Positions 38,009 through 48,666 of a DNA stretch of 64,000 nucleotides are shown here, one piece after another. This stretch comes from a virus. The notes beneath the pieces are model-generated. The model saw nothing but the letters and a program-made list of their open reading frames with translations. It searched no databases and was not told the DNA's origin. The translations under genes were made by a program, and so were the position numbers. The stretch lies in IMG/VR virus record IMGVR_UViG_3300032331_003094, positions 18,213 through 82,212 of that record; one strand, 5' to 3'. Every line of letters begins with the position of its first letter. Position 1 is the stretch's first letter.

Positions 38009-38815
38009 ATGAACTTTGTGACGGTGTGTGCCCAGGCGACTGAGGTACCACGTGAGGTTTATACCTCAGCTACTTCCACGGCATTACGCTGTAATCTTTT
38101 GTTACCTCCTGTAGGTAATAAAGCACCAACCCCAATTGAAATCAATGTGTATGGCAAAAGTACAGAACGTTTTCAACGCACCACTAAAGGAGAACTTCTG
38201 TACATTCACGGCGCCAAGCTACGTTACGACCTGGAATCCAGGACGCATTCGTTACATGGAGGAATTATTACTCCGGTTACGGAAGCATTCCCAATCTTTA
38301 ATACAGTCATCCTTGCAGGACGTTGCGTTAAAGACATCGACAAAGATGATGCTCGCGCCTTTAAAACCATGGCGAATGGGTTGATGAGTTGCAGCCAAAC
38401 ACTCTCAGTTAATACTGGGCGTAATCAAGCTGACTTGTTTAACTTCTACGCACTTAATTCCGTAGAAGATAAATTAAATAATGCCGAACTTTTGGTTAAC
38501 TTTACCAGGAAGGGTACTGGCCTTACCTTGCAAGGTCGGTTAATTACTGATGCCTGGGTTGATAAGGAGACCAAGGAAAAACGGACATCAACCAAGATTC
38601 AGTTGACATCTATGACCTTGGCACCCAAGGCATCAACCCCTGCAGCACCAGAGATCAAGCCACACACAACTGTTGCAAATCATGAAGTTGCTGGGTTGTG
38701 GGGCGGTAAGACCGCCGATGATGTAGCAGAACCCTGGGGGTTAAACGTAGGTAGCAACCTGCCTGAACTCCCAGGTCAATTTGATCACAACGATTTAACC
38801 AACGCACCTTTTTAA
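38009..38815 (+). CDS. ssb: Single-stranded DNA-binding protein with two OB folds
   Basis: FNTVILAGR...RKGTGLTLQGRLITDAWVDKET; acidic tail ending APF. Confidence 0.75.
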   Translation: MNFVTVCAQATEVPREVYTSATSTALRCNLLLPPVGNKAPTPIEINVYGKSTERFQRTTKGELLYIHGAKLRYDLESRTHSLHGGIITPVTEAFPIFNTVILAGRCVKDIDKDDARAFKTMANGLMSCSQTLSVNTGRNQADLFNFYALNSVEDKLNNAELLVNFTRKGTGLTLQGRLITDAWVDKETKEKRTSTKIQLTSMTLAPKASTPAAPEIKPHTTVANHEVAGLWGGKTADDVAEPWGLNVGSNLPELPGQFDHNDLTNAPF

Positions 38816-38819
38816 AATC

Positions 38820-39062
38820 ATGACACTCACAACAAAAATTATTGATCCAACGCTTACGTTGGAGGATGCAATTGCCTATGAGTTTTTCATGGACAATTTG
38901 CCAAACATAATAGGTGATTCACTGGGGAATCTTGAAGCTACGGAGGAAGAAATTGATCAAATAGTTGATGGCATTAGTTTGTTGGCTTTAATGTCTTACA
39001 GGATTGCACAACGTTTTGAATGTGCACGCGAAGCAATGAAAATAGTTAATGAAAAAAATTAA
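38820..39062 (+). CDS. Hypothetical protein
   Basis: 80 aa ORF. Confidence 0.55.
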   Translation: MTLTTKIIDPTLTLEDAIAYEFFMDNLPNIIGDSLGNLEATEEEIDQIVDGISLLALMSYRIAQRFECAREAMKIVNEKN

Positions 39063-39110
39063 TTAGTAATGGACCTGGGATGTCCATAAACTCATCCGTA
39101 CTTAACCTAA

Positions 39111-40184
39111 ATGATCATGAGCGACACACTCATCGACTCTGTTACTGACACCCCACCTTCTCTGAGCACCCTTAAGAAAATGACCGTTAAGAAAACCTCC
39201 GCACTTGCAACACGTGGACTTGATTCATTCCGGATGTTTCAATCCAAAGAATTCGTCTCTGGATACCAAAACCTTGTCACAATCCAACCACTCAACAAAT
39301 CAAAAACACGAGGTTGGTTCGTACGGAAGTCAGACCTGGATACTTGCGGATGGAGCGCAAGTGAAGATCAGTTTGCTAAAGGTTCAGTTATCTGGAACTA
39401 CAAGCAGACTTTTGGTATGGCTCCCAACACTTCAATTGAAGAGGGGCTTAATTTCACTGAGCCTCGTTTGCAAATCCTTTTACGTTCTCCCCTCATGGTT
39501 GAGGAAACCACAGGGATGAGGCAGACGATTGGCACCTTTGAAAATCCCGATGTCAAAGAACTTTGGGAAGCTGACAAGATTGCATCTGATCTTGCCAACA
39601 GCAAAGGTGAAATGTACAAACGCAAGTACAGCGTGCGTACCAAGTACCTGGTCTACATTTTGACCCAGGACAACAAACGTGCCCACAAGATCCCCATGGT
39701 TCTAACTTTGAAAGGATTGAACGGTACGGATGTTTCCGAAAAGGTTAAGATGTATGAAAAGGAAATGTCCAAGTGCTTGAGCAAAGCACTGGATGCTGAA
39801 GTTCCTTTGTCCTTTAATGAAAAGTTCTACGCCACTACCGTTTTTGCTCCGATACTTGCCAATGAAATGCGCGGCGCCAACAACGTTGAGATCTGCGCAA
39901 TTGAATCTTTTGACATCCCTGATTACAACGACCAAGAATCTGCGATTGAATCCCTGAGTCGCTTGTCGATTCCTGATGAAGATCGTGAATCAACTTGGAA
40001 GTTCCAGGACTTGTTTGGAGATTACATCAACCAGCATGCTCGGCAAGATGCTGAGAAGCTTGGTGGTGCATACGGTATCAAGTCCGGTGTAGAAATTCTT
40101 CCTGCATCCAGGGGAGTTTCGGAACTTGAAGTGAAGGCATTGCCTGCACGCGATGAACTGACCGGAGAGGACACTTCGTTCTGA
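39111..40184 (+). CDS. Conserved hypothetical protein (possibly DUF5895-like)
   Basis: 357 aa ORF next to ssb, highly expressed codon bias; family call from memory. Confidence 0.55.
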   Translation: MIMSDTLIDSVTDTPPSLSTLKKMTVKKTSALATRGLDSFRMFQSKEFVSGYQNLVTIQPLNKSKTRGWFVRKSDLDTCGWSASEDQFAKGSVIWNYKQTFGMAPNTSIEEGLNFTEPRLQILLRSPLMVEETTGMRQTIGTFENPDVKELWEADKIASDLANSKGEMYKRKYSVRTKYLVYILTQDNKRAHKIPMVLTLKGLNGTDVSEKVKMYEKEMSKCLSKALDAEVPLSFNEKFYATTVFAPILANEMRGANNVEICAIESFDIPDYNDQESAIESLSRLSIPDEDRESTWKFQDLFGDYINQHARQDAEKLGGAYGIKSGVEILPASRGVSELEVKALPARDELTGEDTSF

Positions 40185-40205
40185 TCCGTTTAGTACGTTA
40201 AGATT

Positions 40206-40230
40206 AGGCCCTGCATCAGCGGGGCCTTTT
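40206..40230 (+). terminator. Rho-independent terminator
   Basis: AGGCCCTGC-ATCA-GCGGGGCCT followed by a T run. Confidence 0.75.
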
Positions 40231-40280
40231 GTTTGGCATCATCGTGTTTTATTGGATTGTCTTTATTCTCCAGGGTTTGC

Positions 40281-40541
40281 CTATTCTTTTTTTGGTAACT
40301 CTGGGTTTCCTAATTGCTCGCCTTCTACTACCACATTGTTAAAACAAAACATGTCTTGAACTAAACCACGAATGATTCCCTGACGTTGTGTTGCAATGGT
40401 CGCCAACAAAGTTGCCATCTCTTGCAACTGACTAACTGAATTACATTCTTTAATGGATCGATTTATTTTCTCTTGCCAAAACTTATCATCGAGCGTTGGT
40501 TCGATTTGAAACTTGGTAAGTGGAACGTATTTGATTTCCAT
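40281..40541 (-). CDS. Hypothetical protein
   Basis: 86 aa with TAAAAT 21 nt upstream. Confidence 0.6.
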   Translation of the reverse strand: MEIKYVPLTKFQIEPTLDDKFWQEKINRSIKECNSVSQLQEMATLLATIATQRQGIIRGLVQDMFCFNNVVVEGEQLGNPELPKKE

Positions 40542-40619
40542 TTGTTTAAAACCGTTAACTTATTTTACTGTTACAGTCAAATCTTAACTTGAATTTCACA
40601 TTGTATTCACAAACACACT

Positions 40620-40820
40620 ATGGACAATGCTGAGAAGTCTGCGCTAAAAACAGGTGGCATCTTTGGTGCCATCACCGCCCTTGCAGTTGCTCCCTTTGCT
40701 ACGCCTGTCATTTGGGCAGCTGTGGCATATGGAACCTACAGGGTTGCACGCAACGCCTATCGCAATGCTAAACTCGATGAGGCCCCCAGGGGCAAGCCGG
40801 ATGACAACCTCTTTATCTGA
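40620..40820 (+). CDS. Small membrane protein
   Basis: Hydrophobic GA-rich helix. Confidence 0.6.
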   Translation: MDNAEKSALKTGGIFGAITALAVAPFATPVIWAAVAYGTYRVARNAYRNAKLDEAPRGKPDDNLFI

Positions 40821-40856
40821 GGTTAAACTTCCTCAACTCAACTTAAAACAAAATCA

Positions 40857-41804
40857 ATGTCGAACCAAACGCAAACCAGTCTCACTACAACGCAAGCTTC
40901 TATTTATTCTCGGACTAACATCCGCCGCGCCTTCTCGGACTTTGACGACACTGATGTCGCCGGTATTTATCTCCGAGATGATTCTTGCGTCGTGGCTTAC
41001 CATCATGGTGGTGAACTTAGTTACCCACGGGAAGTAATCAAGACTGCTTTCCAGAACTATACTTATCGTCTCAAAGATTTCTTTTCGTATCTTGGTCCCA
41101 ATTATCGTGGCCCTAGTGTATGGCATAACAATGCTTACATTATGTTTAAGGGCTGGCACTACAACCACCAACTCGGACACCTGACTTCCAATGCCGTACT
41201 CCAAAAAGAATGGGCAGACAAGTTTATCCACCTCACAGACGCCAACAAACTCACAGCTTTACTGCAATCGGATCAAACCGATATTGGGCATCTGGTGGCG
41301 CCGGACGGGATTCGGATTCCGAACGGGCCCGTTGACTTGGAGTCTGACTTGGGGGATGAGACCACAAGCGTATCGCCCGTCAATACTGAACCTTATTGCT
41401 CATGTGGGTCCTTTCAGCGTCAGCTTCTTAATGTTTCAAGTTTTCAGGAGGAGATCCAAGGATTCAAACCCTGGTGCATCCACCTGACTTGGTTTCATAA
41501 GTATCGGGAACTACTGGTTAAACGCGCCCAGGTGCGTAATGAAGCGCGGGGTGGTGCACCTATGAACTGTGTGGCATGGTGGTATGCACCGCCATCTGAT
41601 CACAGCAGTGACGGACGGTTTGTTTTGTTGTATACCAAGTATGGATCCATGGCTCCTCTTAGCCATTGGCGTACGTACAAACCTCAAGAAACCTTTACCC
41701 AACACAATGCATGGGATTTGTTTTTCAATATGATGGAAGCTGGTTACGTTCCGTTTCCTGGTAGTTCACTTCCACAACTTGCTAATGCAACCAAAAAGAA
41801 ATGA
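40857..41804 (+). CDS. SWIM zinc-finger protein
   Basis: YCSCGSF...WCIHL. Confidence 0.65.
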   Translation: MSNQTQTSLTTTQASIYSRTNIRRAFSDFDDTDVAGIYLRDDSCVVAYHHGGELSYPREVIKTAFQNYTYRLKDFFSYLGPNYRGPSVWHNNAYIMFKGWHYNHQLGHLTSNAVLQKEWADKFIHLTDANKLTALLQSDQTDIGHLVAPDGIRIPNGPVDLESDLGDETTSVSPVNTEPYCSCGSFQRQLLNVSSFQEEIQGFKPWCIHLTWFHKYRELLVKRAQVRNEARGGAPMNCVAWWYAPPSDHSSDGRFVLLYTKYGSMAPLSHWRTYKPQETFTQHNAWDLFFNMMEAGYVPFPGSSLPQLANATKKK

Positions 41805-43364
41805 CTAAGACACAACTATTTGTTATCGATCCTCACCCTGCCATTCCACCTTCTGATCAACTAAAAGAATGGGAAGACAAATGGTTTGATGAGGCAGAAC
41901 ATCCTGATGTCCTGTTGATCCAAGCATTTCAAGCAGGCGCCGACCAGGAGCTGGAGGCGTGTTGTGAGTGGCTGGTTAGCGAAGGATGGTTCAAATACGA
42001 ACACAAGGTTGTGGAAGATCTCCGCGCTGCCCGCCGCCCCACGCCGCCAAGTTTGAAGGAGCAGGCGCTGACTGCGCTTTACGCTATTGCAACAGGTGCT
42101 AATGACACTCGTGAGCAACACCAAGACTTCGACACCATCCGCCGCGCACTGGAGGCATTGCCCAATGACTGACTTCCGCGCCCTGTGCGAAGAGCTTAAC
42201 GGGCTACTGGAATACATTTCTGATATAAGTCCCCATCTTTGTGAAGACGAAATTAACAACCTGACAAACAGCGCACGCGCCGCCCTGGCTGAGCAGCCGG
42301 TAGGGCCCACGGATGAAGAGCTGTGGGAGGCATGGGGGTGTTTCGAGCACGAGCCTTTCAGCAAGGGGGACACCATTATGCAGTTGCGTGAGTTCCTTGC
42401 CCGCTGGGGGCAGTCATGACTGATCTCTCCCCCGCCGCGCAGGCAGTGTTGGATGCTGCTGCTGACGTTTATTGGGACTGGTCCGACATGTCGCCTGCGT
42501 CTTCCTCGACAATTGCCGCCGCTGTTCTGCGAGCTGTTGTACACGGTGATTACATTACCTCCGAGGCAATCCTCGCCATCGCCGCCGAGCTGGAGGAACT
42601 CGATGACTGACTCCCCCGCTTATGTAAATATACTTGTGCCTCCTGCCTACGCGGGGTGTTGGCAACTCACTGATACCTACCGCATTTCAGTAACTAAAAA
42701 ACCCAACGCCTTTCACCGTTTTATGACAACTTTGTTACTTGGCTGGGAGTGGGTTGATGGCTGACCTAACTCCACGCCAGCAACTAATTGAAGAACTCAA
42801 CGAAAAACTTAGTGACGCTTTTCAGAGTGACTTTGAGCACGGTGTCAAAGCTCTTAACATTGCTGCTGCTGAAGAATTCCATCAAAAGTATCCAGCTTTA
42901 GTTGAAGTACTTGAGTGGATTGCATTTCTTTTTTACGAGGAACTTCCAATTGACTAACCTCTCCCCCGCCGCGCAGGCGGTGCGTGACGCATTTGACATT
43001 GCCAGTATTGATACTGCGATCTTTGGTGACCCAGACCGGCGCCTTGCTGCCGCTCTGCGAGCTGCTGCGGATCAACTTAGTTTTCAACTTCCATTTGAAG
43101 ATTCACGCTGTGTAGCAGTTCTTGATCTTCTCGCCATCGCCGCTGAGCTAGAGGGTGCTAATGACTAAAGTACTAATTCCATTTGACAAAATGACTATTA
43201 CTTACACAGAAGAACAAGACGATGGTGCATGCATCACATTTAATTGGGATGAGACAGACCCTGATCTTGCTTATTGGACATCCATGTCAGAAGATGAACA
43301 GCGTAGTTTTGTGTTGACTTCTTTACGAGATAGTCTTAAAGAACAACTTGATGAAGCGTCCTAG
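41801..43364 (+). other. Run of seven small overlapping ORFs (starts 41801, 42165, 42416, 42603, 42757, 42950, 43161), including two LSPAAQAV...LAIAAELE paralogues
   Basis: ORF track; shared 20-bp CTCTCCCCCGCCGCGCAGGC at 42425 and 42959; GC-rich patches. Confidence 0.7.
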
Positions 43365-43534
43365 GAACGACGTTAAACTTCCCATCCAACACAAAACAAA
43401 CTCATGTTTCATTTCATTGCATCTGTCGTTGTTCCTCAACTTACCAACACATTAAGGGACCTTGCCCTGGCAGCATGCGCAGCATTGCTGACATGGGCTA
43501 TCAACAAAGTTCAATCCCAATTCATCTGAACGCA

Positions 43535-44248
43535 ATGACTCAAATCACTCACGTCAAACTTCAAGACCTAAACGTCTTAAAGCTTTACGAACACTATGGT
43601 GCCCTGGAACGCAGTCTTCCTCTTCTTACTCCTGAATCTCAAGAGCTGGCCAAAGCAGAACTTGAAACTTGCGCCAACATACGGTCTGAAAAAATTGATC
43701 GTATTTATTACGCCATGGCGTCACATGAAGATGCGTTGGCACGCATCAAACAAGAAGGGGAGCTGATCACCCAGGCTAAGCGGCACCACGAATCTCAACT
43801 CAAGCAACTCAAAGGGTTGTTGAATTGGTTGCGGCGGTCTGCTCCGCTGCAAACCAACAAGATTACTGGCCGTAACTACGAGTTTGTTCTGGTCAAGAAG
43901 AAAGATCTTACTGTTGAGATCAGTTCCAATCTAGAAGATTGGGACGAGGGGGAACAAAACCAATTCTGCATCCAGCAGGAAACCACCACCACAAAACAAA
44001 CTGTGGTACGTTCTATGGATGGTACGGTTCTTGAAGAAAGGACTGAACCCAAAATTACAACCGAAACTCTTCCCTCTCTAAATGCCCTCCGCAATGCGTA
44101 TCAAGCCGGTCAGCACCTCCCCAGCGGAGTCAAAATCTTCCAAGAGTACAGCATCCGTAGTAAACGTATCTACACCGACAAGCCATTGGATCTGGAAGCA
44201 TCCGAATATTTCGGAAACGTTTTACCAGAAGTTGGAACCCCCGACTGA
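43535..44248 (+). CDS. Siphovirus Gp157 / Gam-like coiled-coil protein
   Basis: SEKIDRIYY...ARIKQEGELITQAKRHHESQLKQLKGLL...LPSGVKI. Confidence 0.6.
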   Translation: MTQITHVKLQDLNVLKLYEHYGALERSLPLLTPESQELAKAELETCANIRSEKIDRIYYAMASHEDALARIKQEGELITQAKRHHESQLKQLKGLLNWLRRSAPLQTNKITGRNYEFVLVKKKDLTVEISSNLEDWDEGEQNQFCIQQETTTTKQTVVRSMDGTVLEERTEPKITTETLPSLNALRNAYQAGQHLPSGVKIFQEYSIRSKRIYTDKPLDLEASEYFGNVLPEVGTPD

Positions 44249-44527
44249 CCTGGAAGATGCACACATCCGCATGAGTTGTCATCAACATTCAATTGATGAC
44301 TTCCAGCTGCAAATTGAGATGTGTGAAATTGAAATGTCCATGCTGTGCGATGGGGAGGCAGTGCTTCCCTATCAATCAGAAAAGATGGATGAGCTGGAGC
44401 AAAAGAAACTAAAGCTTTTTGCTGGCAAACGGTTCCATCAGAATGCACGTCATGCGTACTGGTATTACACCGTTAAAGCGGAAAAATAATTAACGTACAA
44501 TAAAGAATAAGTACGTTAACGGGTGTC

Positions 44528-44797
44528 ATGTCTGCTAAAGAAGATAAGCTGGTTGAAATACTGGCTGGCTTCACAGCAGATGGGACACCCCTTTCTGCTA
44601 TTACCGGTAGTAAAAAAGAATGGCAGGTGACCATCCTTACGGCTGCCATGCTTGCTAATGAGAACTTGGCATCAAGCATGCATGCGGAAGAAATGGTAGA
44701 CGCTGCAATCAACTACAGCAACATCATCGAAGAACGGCTTGGTTATTACCAGCAGAATCAAGTTCATAACCTGGAGAGGTTAATGAACAATGGATGA
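44528..44797 (+). CDS. Hypothetical protein
   Basis: 89 aa; TACAAT 26 nt upstream. Confidence 0.65.
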   Translation: MSAKEDKLVEILAGFTADGTPLSAITGSKKEWQVTILTAAMLANENLASSMHAEEMVDAAINYSNIIEERLGYYQQNQVHNLERLMNNG

Positions 44798-45179
44798 CAT
44801 GAGCTTTGGGCAGCGCGTTGCGGATCGCGTTGCTAGTACCGTTGGCTCTTGGCCTTTTATTATTGGTCAGTCATTGCTTCTTTGCTTTTGGATTACATGG
44901 AATACCCATGCACCAAAGCGATATAAATTTGATCCGGCACCATTTATCCTAATGAATTTGGTGTTGTCGACCCAGGCTGCATTTGCAACTCCGTTGATTC
45001 TGATGTCGCAAAAACGACAATCAGAAATTGATCGGCAACGTGATATTGAAACGCATGCTCACGCCAGAAATACACTGGTTGGTACTGTGCAAATCATTGA
45101 AGAGTTGGAAGCATTAGAAGAAAAACTTCACATGATGGAATCTGAAATCAATATGGTTGAAGAGTTGAGGGACAATTAA
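44790..45179 (+). CDS. DUF1003 membrane protein
   Basis: FGQRVADRVA..VGSWPFI...FDPAPFILMNLVLS.QAAFATPLILMSQ.RQ. Confidence 0.88.
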   Translation: MDDMSFGQRVADRVASTVGSWPFIIGQSLLLCFWITWNTHAPKRYKFDPAPFILMNLVLSTQAAFATPLILMSQKRQSEIDRQRDIETHAHARNTLVGTVQIIEELEALEEKLHMMESEINMVEELRDN

Positions 45180-45214
45180 AACCTGCTAAGGTACTGAGGT
45201 CCTTCTGTATAAAA

Positions 45215-46415
45215 ATGGATCCAGTCATTGTGCCTAAGTTGACCGTATCATTTGCAGTAGACCTTGATCTTGAATACGATTCATACCAAGGTCGCACACC
45301 TAGTGATGTTGCCCTTGCCTTGCAAGACACGTTGGATGATTTGTTGTTTGAGGCAAGTCCTAACGTAGTTGGCGTCTACACCAGCATTACTGCAATCAAT
45401 AACAATGACTGATCTATCTACGGAAGAACTGATTAAAAAACTTAATACAACCGGAGCTTTTGATACCGATTGGCTCAAGGATCAGCTTCAGAATTGGGAT
45501 GTTGTTGAGCAACAAAAACGTGCTGATTTTATGGAGCACATCTACCAGTGCTATCAACCTGGTAACAGTTGCTATACCGGGTTATGGGAGCGGTTCTGCT
45601 TGACGGAAGCGGGTCCTTACTGCAGAGAAAAATATTTTGATATGCAGAAAGCCGTTCGTATGTTTGAAGAAGGAAAACTTCAGGCTGAACCAATGGTTTG
45701 ATTTTGACCTATACTTGGGGGCACACCACGCAAGTGGGGTCGCCCCTTTTTTAATGACTACTCAATTCCCAGAGGATCCCTTGACTCATATTGAATCATG
45801 GCAAGCCAAGTTAAAAGAACACAAAAAACAATGTGGAGTTGCTGAGATGAATGAACCAGGAGTGACTAAAGATTCACGCGAAACTTTGCATGACACCAGT
45901 AATGCAACAGATACAATCAAAGACTGGCGTACTTTTTGGTCTGAGGTATTAGATGAGTCCAACTGGGAGTCGGACCTAGCCTGTGTTAACGATTTATCTT
46001 ATGATAAACAAGAAACTGTCAGTGATTTTGCAGATACTATTTGCTGTGCATTAGAAAAAATGAGCGGCAAAGAAGTCTTTGAATGTTTTGCTAAAGCTGC
46101 TCAAGAACATTTTGAATACACACAAAAAGAATACGAAAAGGCTTGTGAATTAATGGATGAAATCAAATGAAAAAACCATATCCAGCCTGGGTCTGTAACG
46201 ACTGTGGTACCAAGTTTGGCGCCTGGTATGAAGATGGTGAATACCTGGGACCGTCTCATCACAATGCCACATATCATTACGATACCTGTGATGTGTGTGG
46301 TACGCATGAAGTCCCTTGCACTGAGCCAAGGGACTATGGCCACTTGCGTTCCGATTGGGAACTACTGTGCCGCAATGGCAAACGTAACAACCGCAGCTGT
46401 GCCGCCACTCTCTGA
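45215..46415 (+). other. Four small hypothetical ORFs (45215, 45405, about 45754, 46167); the last has a CxxC...CxxC Zn ribbon
   Basis: ORF track; terminator-like hairpin at 45717..45752. Confidence 0.55.
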
Positions 46416-46703
46416 CACAAAGACTGGTTGAATGTTTTTCAATGGGGTATTCTGTAACCCATAGAAATACGTGCCATTACCAGTGATCGTTTGACCCGTA
46501 ATCACTGGTGCAAAGTTGGTGCCATCAACAGAACCATCTAAGCGCACTACAACGTTGGTGTTAATGCTGGTAACCGTTACCAACATTGAATAGTTAAGGG
46601 GGGCAGAACGGTTTGGAAAATCAACCGTATATGAAAGCCCACTGCCTGGTGCCGTCAAACCTGTCGATGTAACGTACAGATTTTTCTGCAAATAATATGC
46701 CAC
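46362..46703 (-). CDS. Putative virion structural protein
   Basis: T/V/G-rich beta protein with LDGSVDGTNF. Confidence 0.6.
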   Translation of the reverse strand: MAYYLQKNLYVTSTGLTAPGSGLSYTVDFPNRSAPLNYSMLVTVTSINTNVVVRLDGSVDGTNFAPVITGQTITGNGTYFYGLQNTPLKNIQPVFVSESGGTAAVVTFAIAAQ

Positions 46704-46769
46704 TGTTGTAATACTTGTTTGTACTTATTTTAACAGGAGTAGAATAAATAAAACGGTTAAAAGAATACA

Positions 46770-48080
46770 GTGCCTAACTACAGAGACCCGCAACGTAAAT
46801 CAAATTTGTATCCTGTTGTCAAGGTTCAAACTTGTAGTGGGCAACCACTAGAAGTTACTACTACTAGTGGATATGTAACTTATGTTCAACCAGCAGGTGT
46901 AGCTGCTGATGCTTTTGGTCGGTTGCGTGTTGTTAATCCTCTAACTTTATTTGATTCAAGCCATCGTTACCACGACAATGGTTTGTGGACTACATCTAGT
47001 GGTACTGGTGGTACTACATCATTTGATGCTAATGCTGGCCTGGTCACAATGAATGTGACTACCACATCTGGTTCTGAAGTGATTAGGGAAACAACTAAGT
47101 GTTTCTCTTACCAGCCAGGGAAGTCACTGCTGACAATGTCGACATTCGTGATGAATGCGGCAAAAACCGGTCTTCGGCAACGCGTTGGTTATTACGGTGC
47201 CAGCAATGGCATGTACCTGGAGCTAAGTGGTACAACCTTATCGTTTGTTGAACGCAGTTCATCGACTGGTTCATTAGTTGAAACTAAGGTTGCTCAGGCC
47301 AACTGGAACGTTGATAAATTAGATGGCACTGGTAGCTCTGGAATAACCTTGGATATGACCAAGGCTCAAATCCTGTGGATGGATATTGAGTGGCTTGGCC
47401 TAGGTACTGTGCGTCTTGGATTTGTAATCAATGGTGTATTCATTCACTGTCATTCATTCCATCATGCAAACTTTATCACTTCAACCTATATCACTACAGC
47501 TTCTTTGCCTTTGCGTTATGAGATTACTAACACTGCAACGACTGCAAGCAGCAGCACGCTGAAACAAGTTTGTTCTACCGTATTGTCGGAAGGCGGATAT
47601 GAACTGCGTGGGCTCCAGCAATCAATTGGCACTTCAATTACATCACCATATAGCTTAACTACTGGTGGTACTTTTTATCCGGTGGTTTCACTTCGTCTTA
47701 AAGCGACCGCATTAGATGCCATTGTTATTCTTACTGCTCTTTCCTTGCTTGGTGTTAGCAGCACTAACTATATTTGGCGCGTGGTTGCCAGTGCCACAAC
47801 TACCGGTGGTTCTTGGGTAAGTGCTGGTAGCCTTTCTAGTGTTGAATACAATTTAACTGGAACCGCCACATCAGGAGGAAGAGTTCTTGCGCAAGGATAT
47901 TTTGCTTCTAGTAACCAAACCACTGCCACTATTGACATTCTTAAGGAAGCCTTGTTCAAATTTCAATTAGAACGAGATGGTTTAACAAGCACACCATATG
48001 AACTAAGCCTTGTTATCAGTGCAGCTGCTGGCACATCTACCGCCCATGCTTCTATGGACTGGGAAGAAATCTCCAGGTAA
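46770..48080 (+). CDS. Putative virion structural protein
   Basis: DAFGRLRV..P.TLFDS, YQPGKS, IEWLGLGTVRLG; S/T-rich. Confidence 0.7.
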   Translation: MPNYRDPQRKSNLYPVVKVQTCSGQPLEVTTTSGYVTYVQPAGVAADAFGRLRVVNPLTLFDSSHRYHDNGLWTTSSGTGGTTSFDANAGLVTMNVTTTSGSEVIRETTKCFSYQPGKSLLTMSTFVMNAAKTGLRQRVGYYGASNGMYLELSGTTLSFVERSSSTGSLVETKVAQANWNVDKLDGTGSSGITLDMTKAQILWMDIEWLGLGTVRLGFVINGVFIHCHSFHHANFITSTYITTASLPLRYEITNTATTASSSTLKQVCSTVLSEGGYELRGLQQSIGTSITSPYSLTTGGTFYPVVSLRLKATALDAIVILTALSLLGVSSTNYIWRVVASATTTGGSWVSAGSLSSVEYNLTGTATSGGRVLAQGYFASSNQTTATIDILKEALFKFQLERDGLTSTPYELSLVISAAAGTSTAHASMDWEEISR

Positions 48081-48114
48081 GTTTTGTTAGACTTGATAAA
48101 CAAGGTATTTGATT

Positions 48115-48666
48115 ATGTTTAGTCCTGCTCCTCAACCTGCAGCTGCCCCTCAACCTGAAGTGCAGTTGCCACAACCCCAGGACAAACCAAAGGTTCCTGC
48201 AAAAGCTAAATCTCCTGGCGGTGATATTGGTTCTTTCATCCAGCAGCTGATTGCACTGTCGTCTTATGTTAAGGAACTTGAGACGCAGTCCCATTTGATT
48301 CACCTCAACTATGAGGGGTCAAACTTCTTGGGTGTTCATGCATTCCTTAAAGATCAATACGAAGCACACCTGGAACAATTTGATACCCTCGCTGAGTTTG
48401 TTCGCAGCATGGATTATCTGATGCCCATGTGCAACACCGGTCTTCGGGACTTGATGCCACCAGTGCATGAAGTTAGTTCCTACAAAGGTAACGACATGTT
48501 GTCGGTCTATTACAAAAACCTTGAGGAGCTTGGCATGAAGGCTAAGAAATTAGAGCCTATTGCACAGAAGGTTGGTGCTATTGATATTGCCAACTACATG
48601 GCCGACCTTGTTGGTATGGCATTTAAAGCTGCTTGGTTTGTTAAGGCAACTTTAAGGAACAGCTAA
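48115..48666 (+). CDS. Dps / ferritin-like protein
   Basis: HLIHLNYEGSNFLGVHAFLKDQY...FDTLAEFVR...KAAWFV. Confidence 0.8.
   Translation: MFSPAPQPAAAPQPEVQLPQPQDKPKVPAKAKSPGGDIGSFIQQLIALSSYVKELETQSHLIHLNYEGSNFLGVHAFLKDQYEAHLEQFDTLAEFVRSMDYLMPMCNTGLRDLMPPVHEVSSYKGNDMLSVYYKNLEELGMKAKKLEPIAQKVGAIDIANYMADLVGMAFKAAWFVKATLRNS

Noticed and set aside
41861-42544. 227-aa minus-strand ORF
   Set aside because: Antisense to GC-rich micro-genes, with no recognisable motif or start signals
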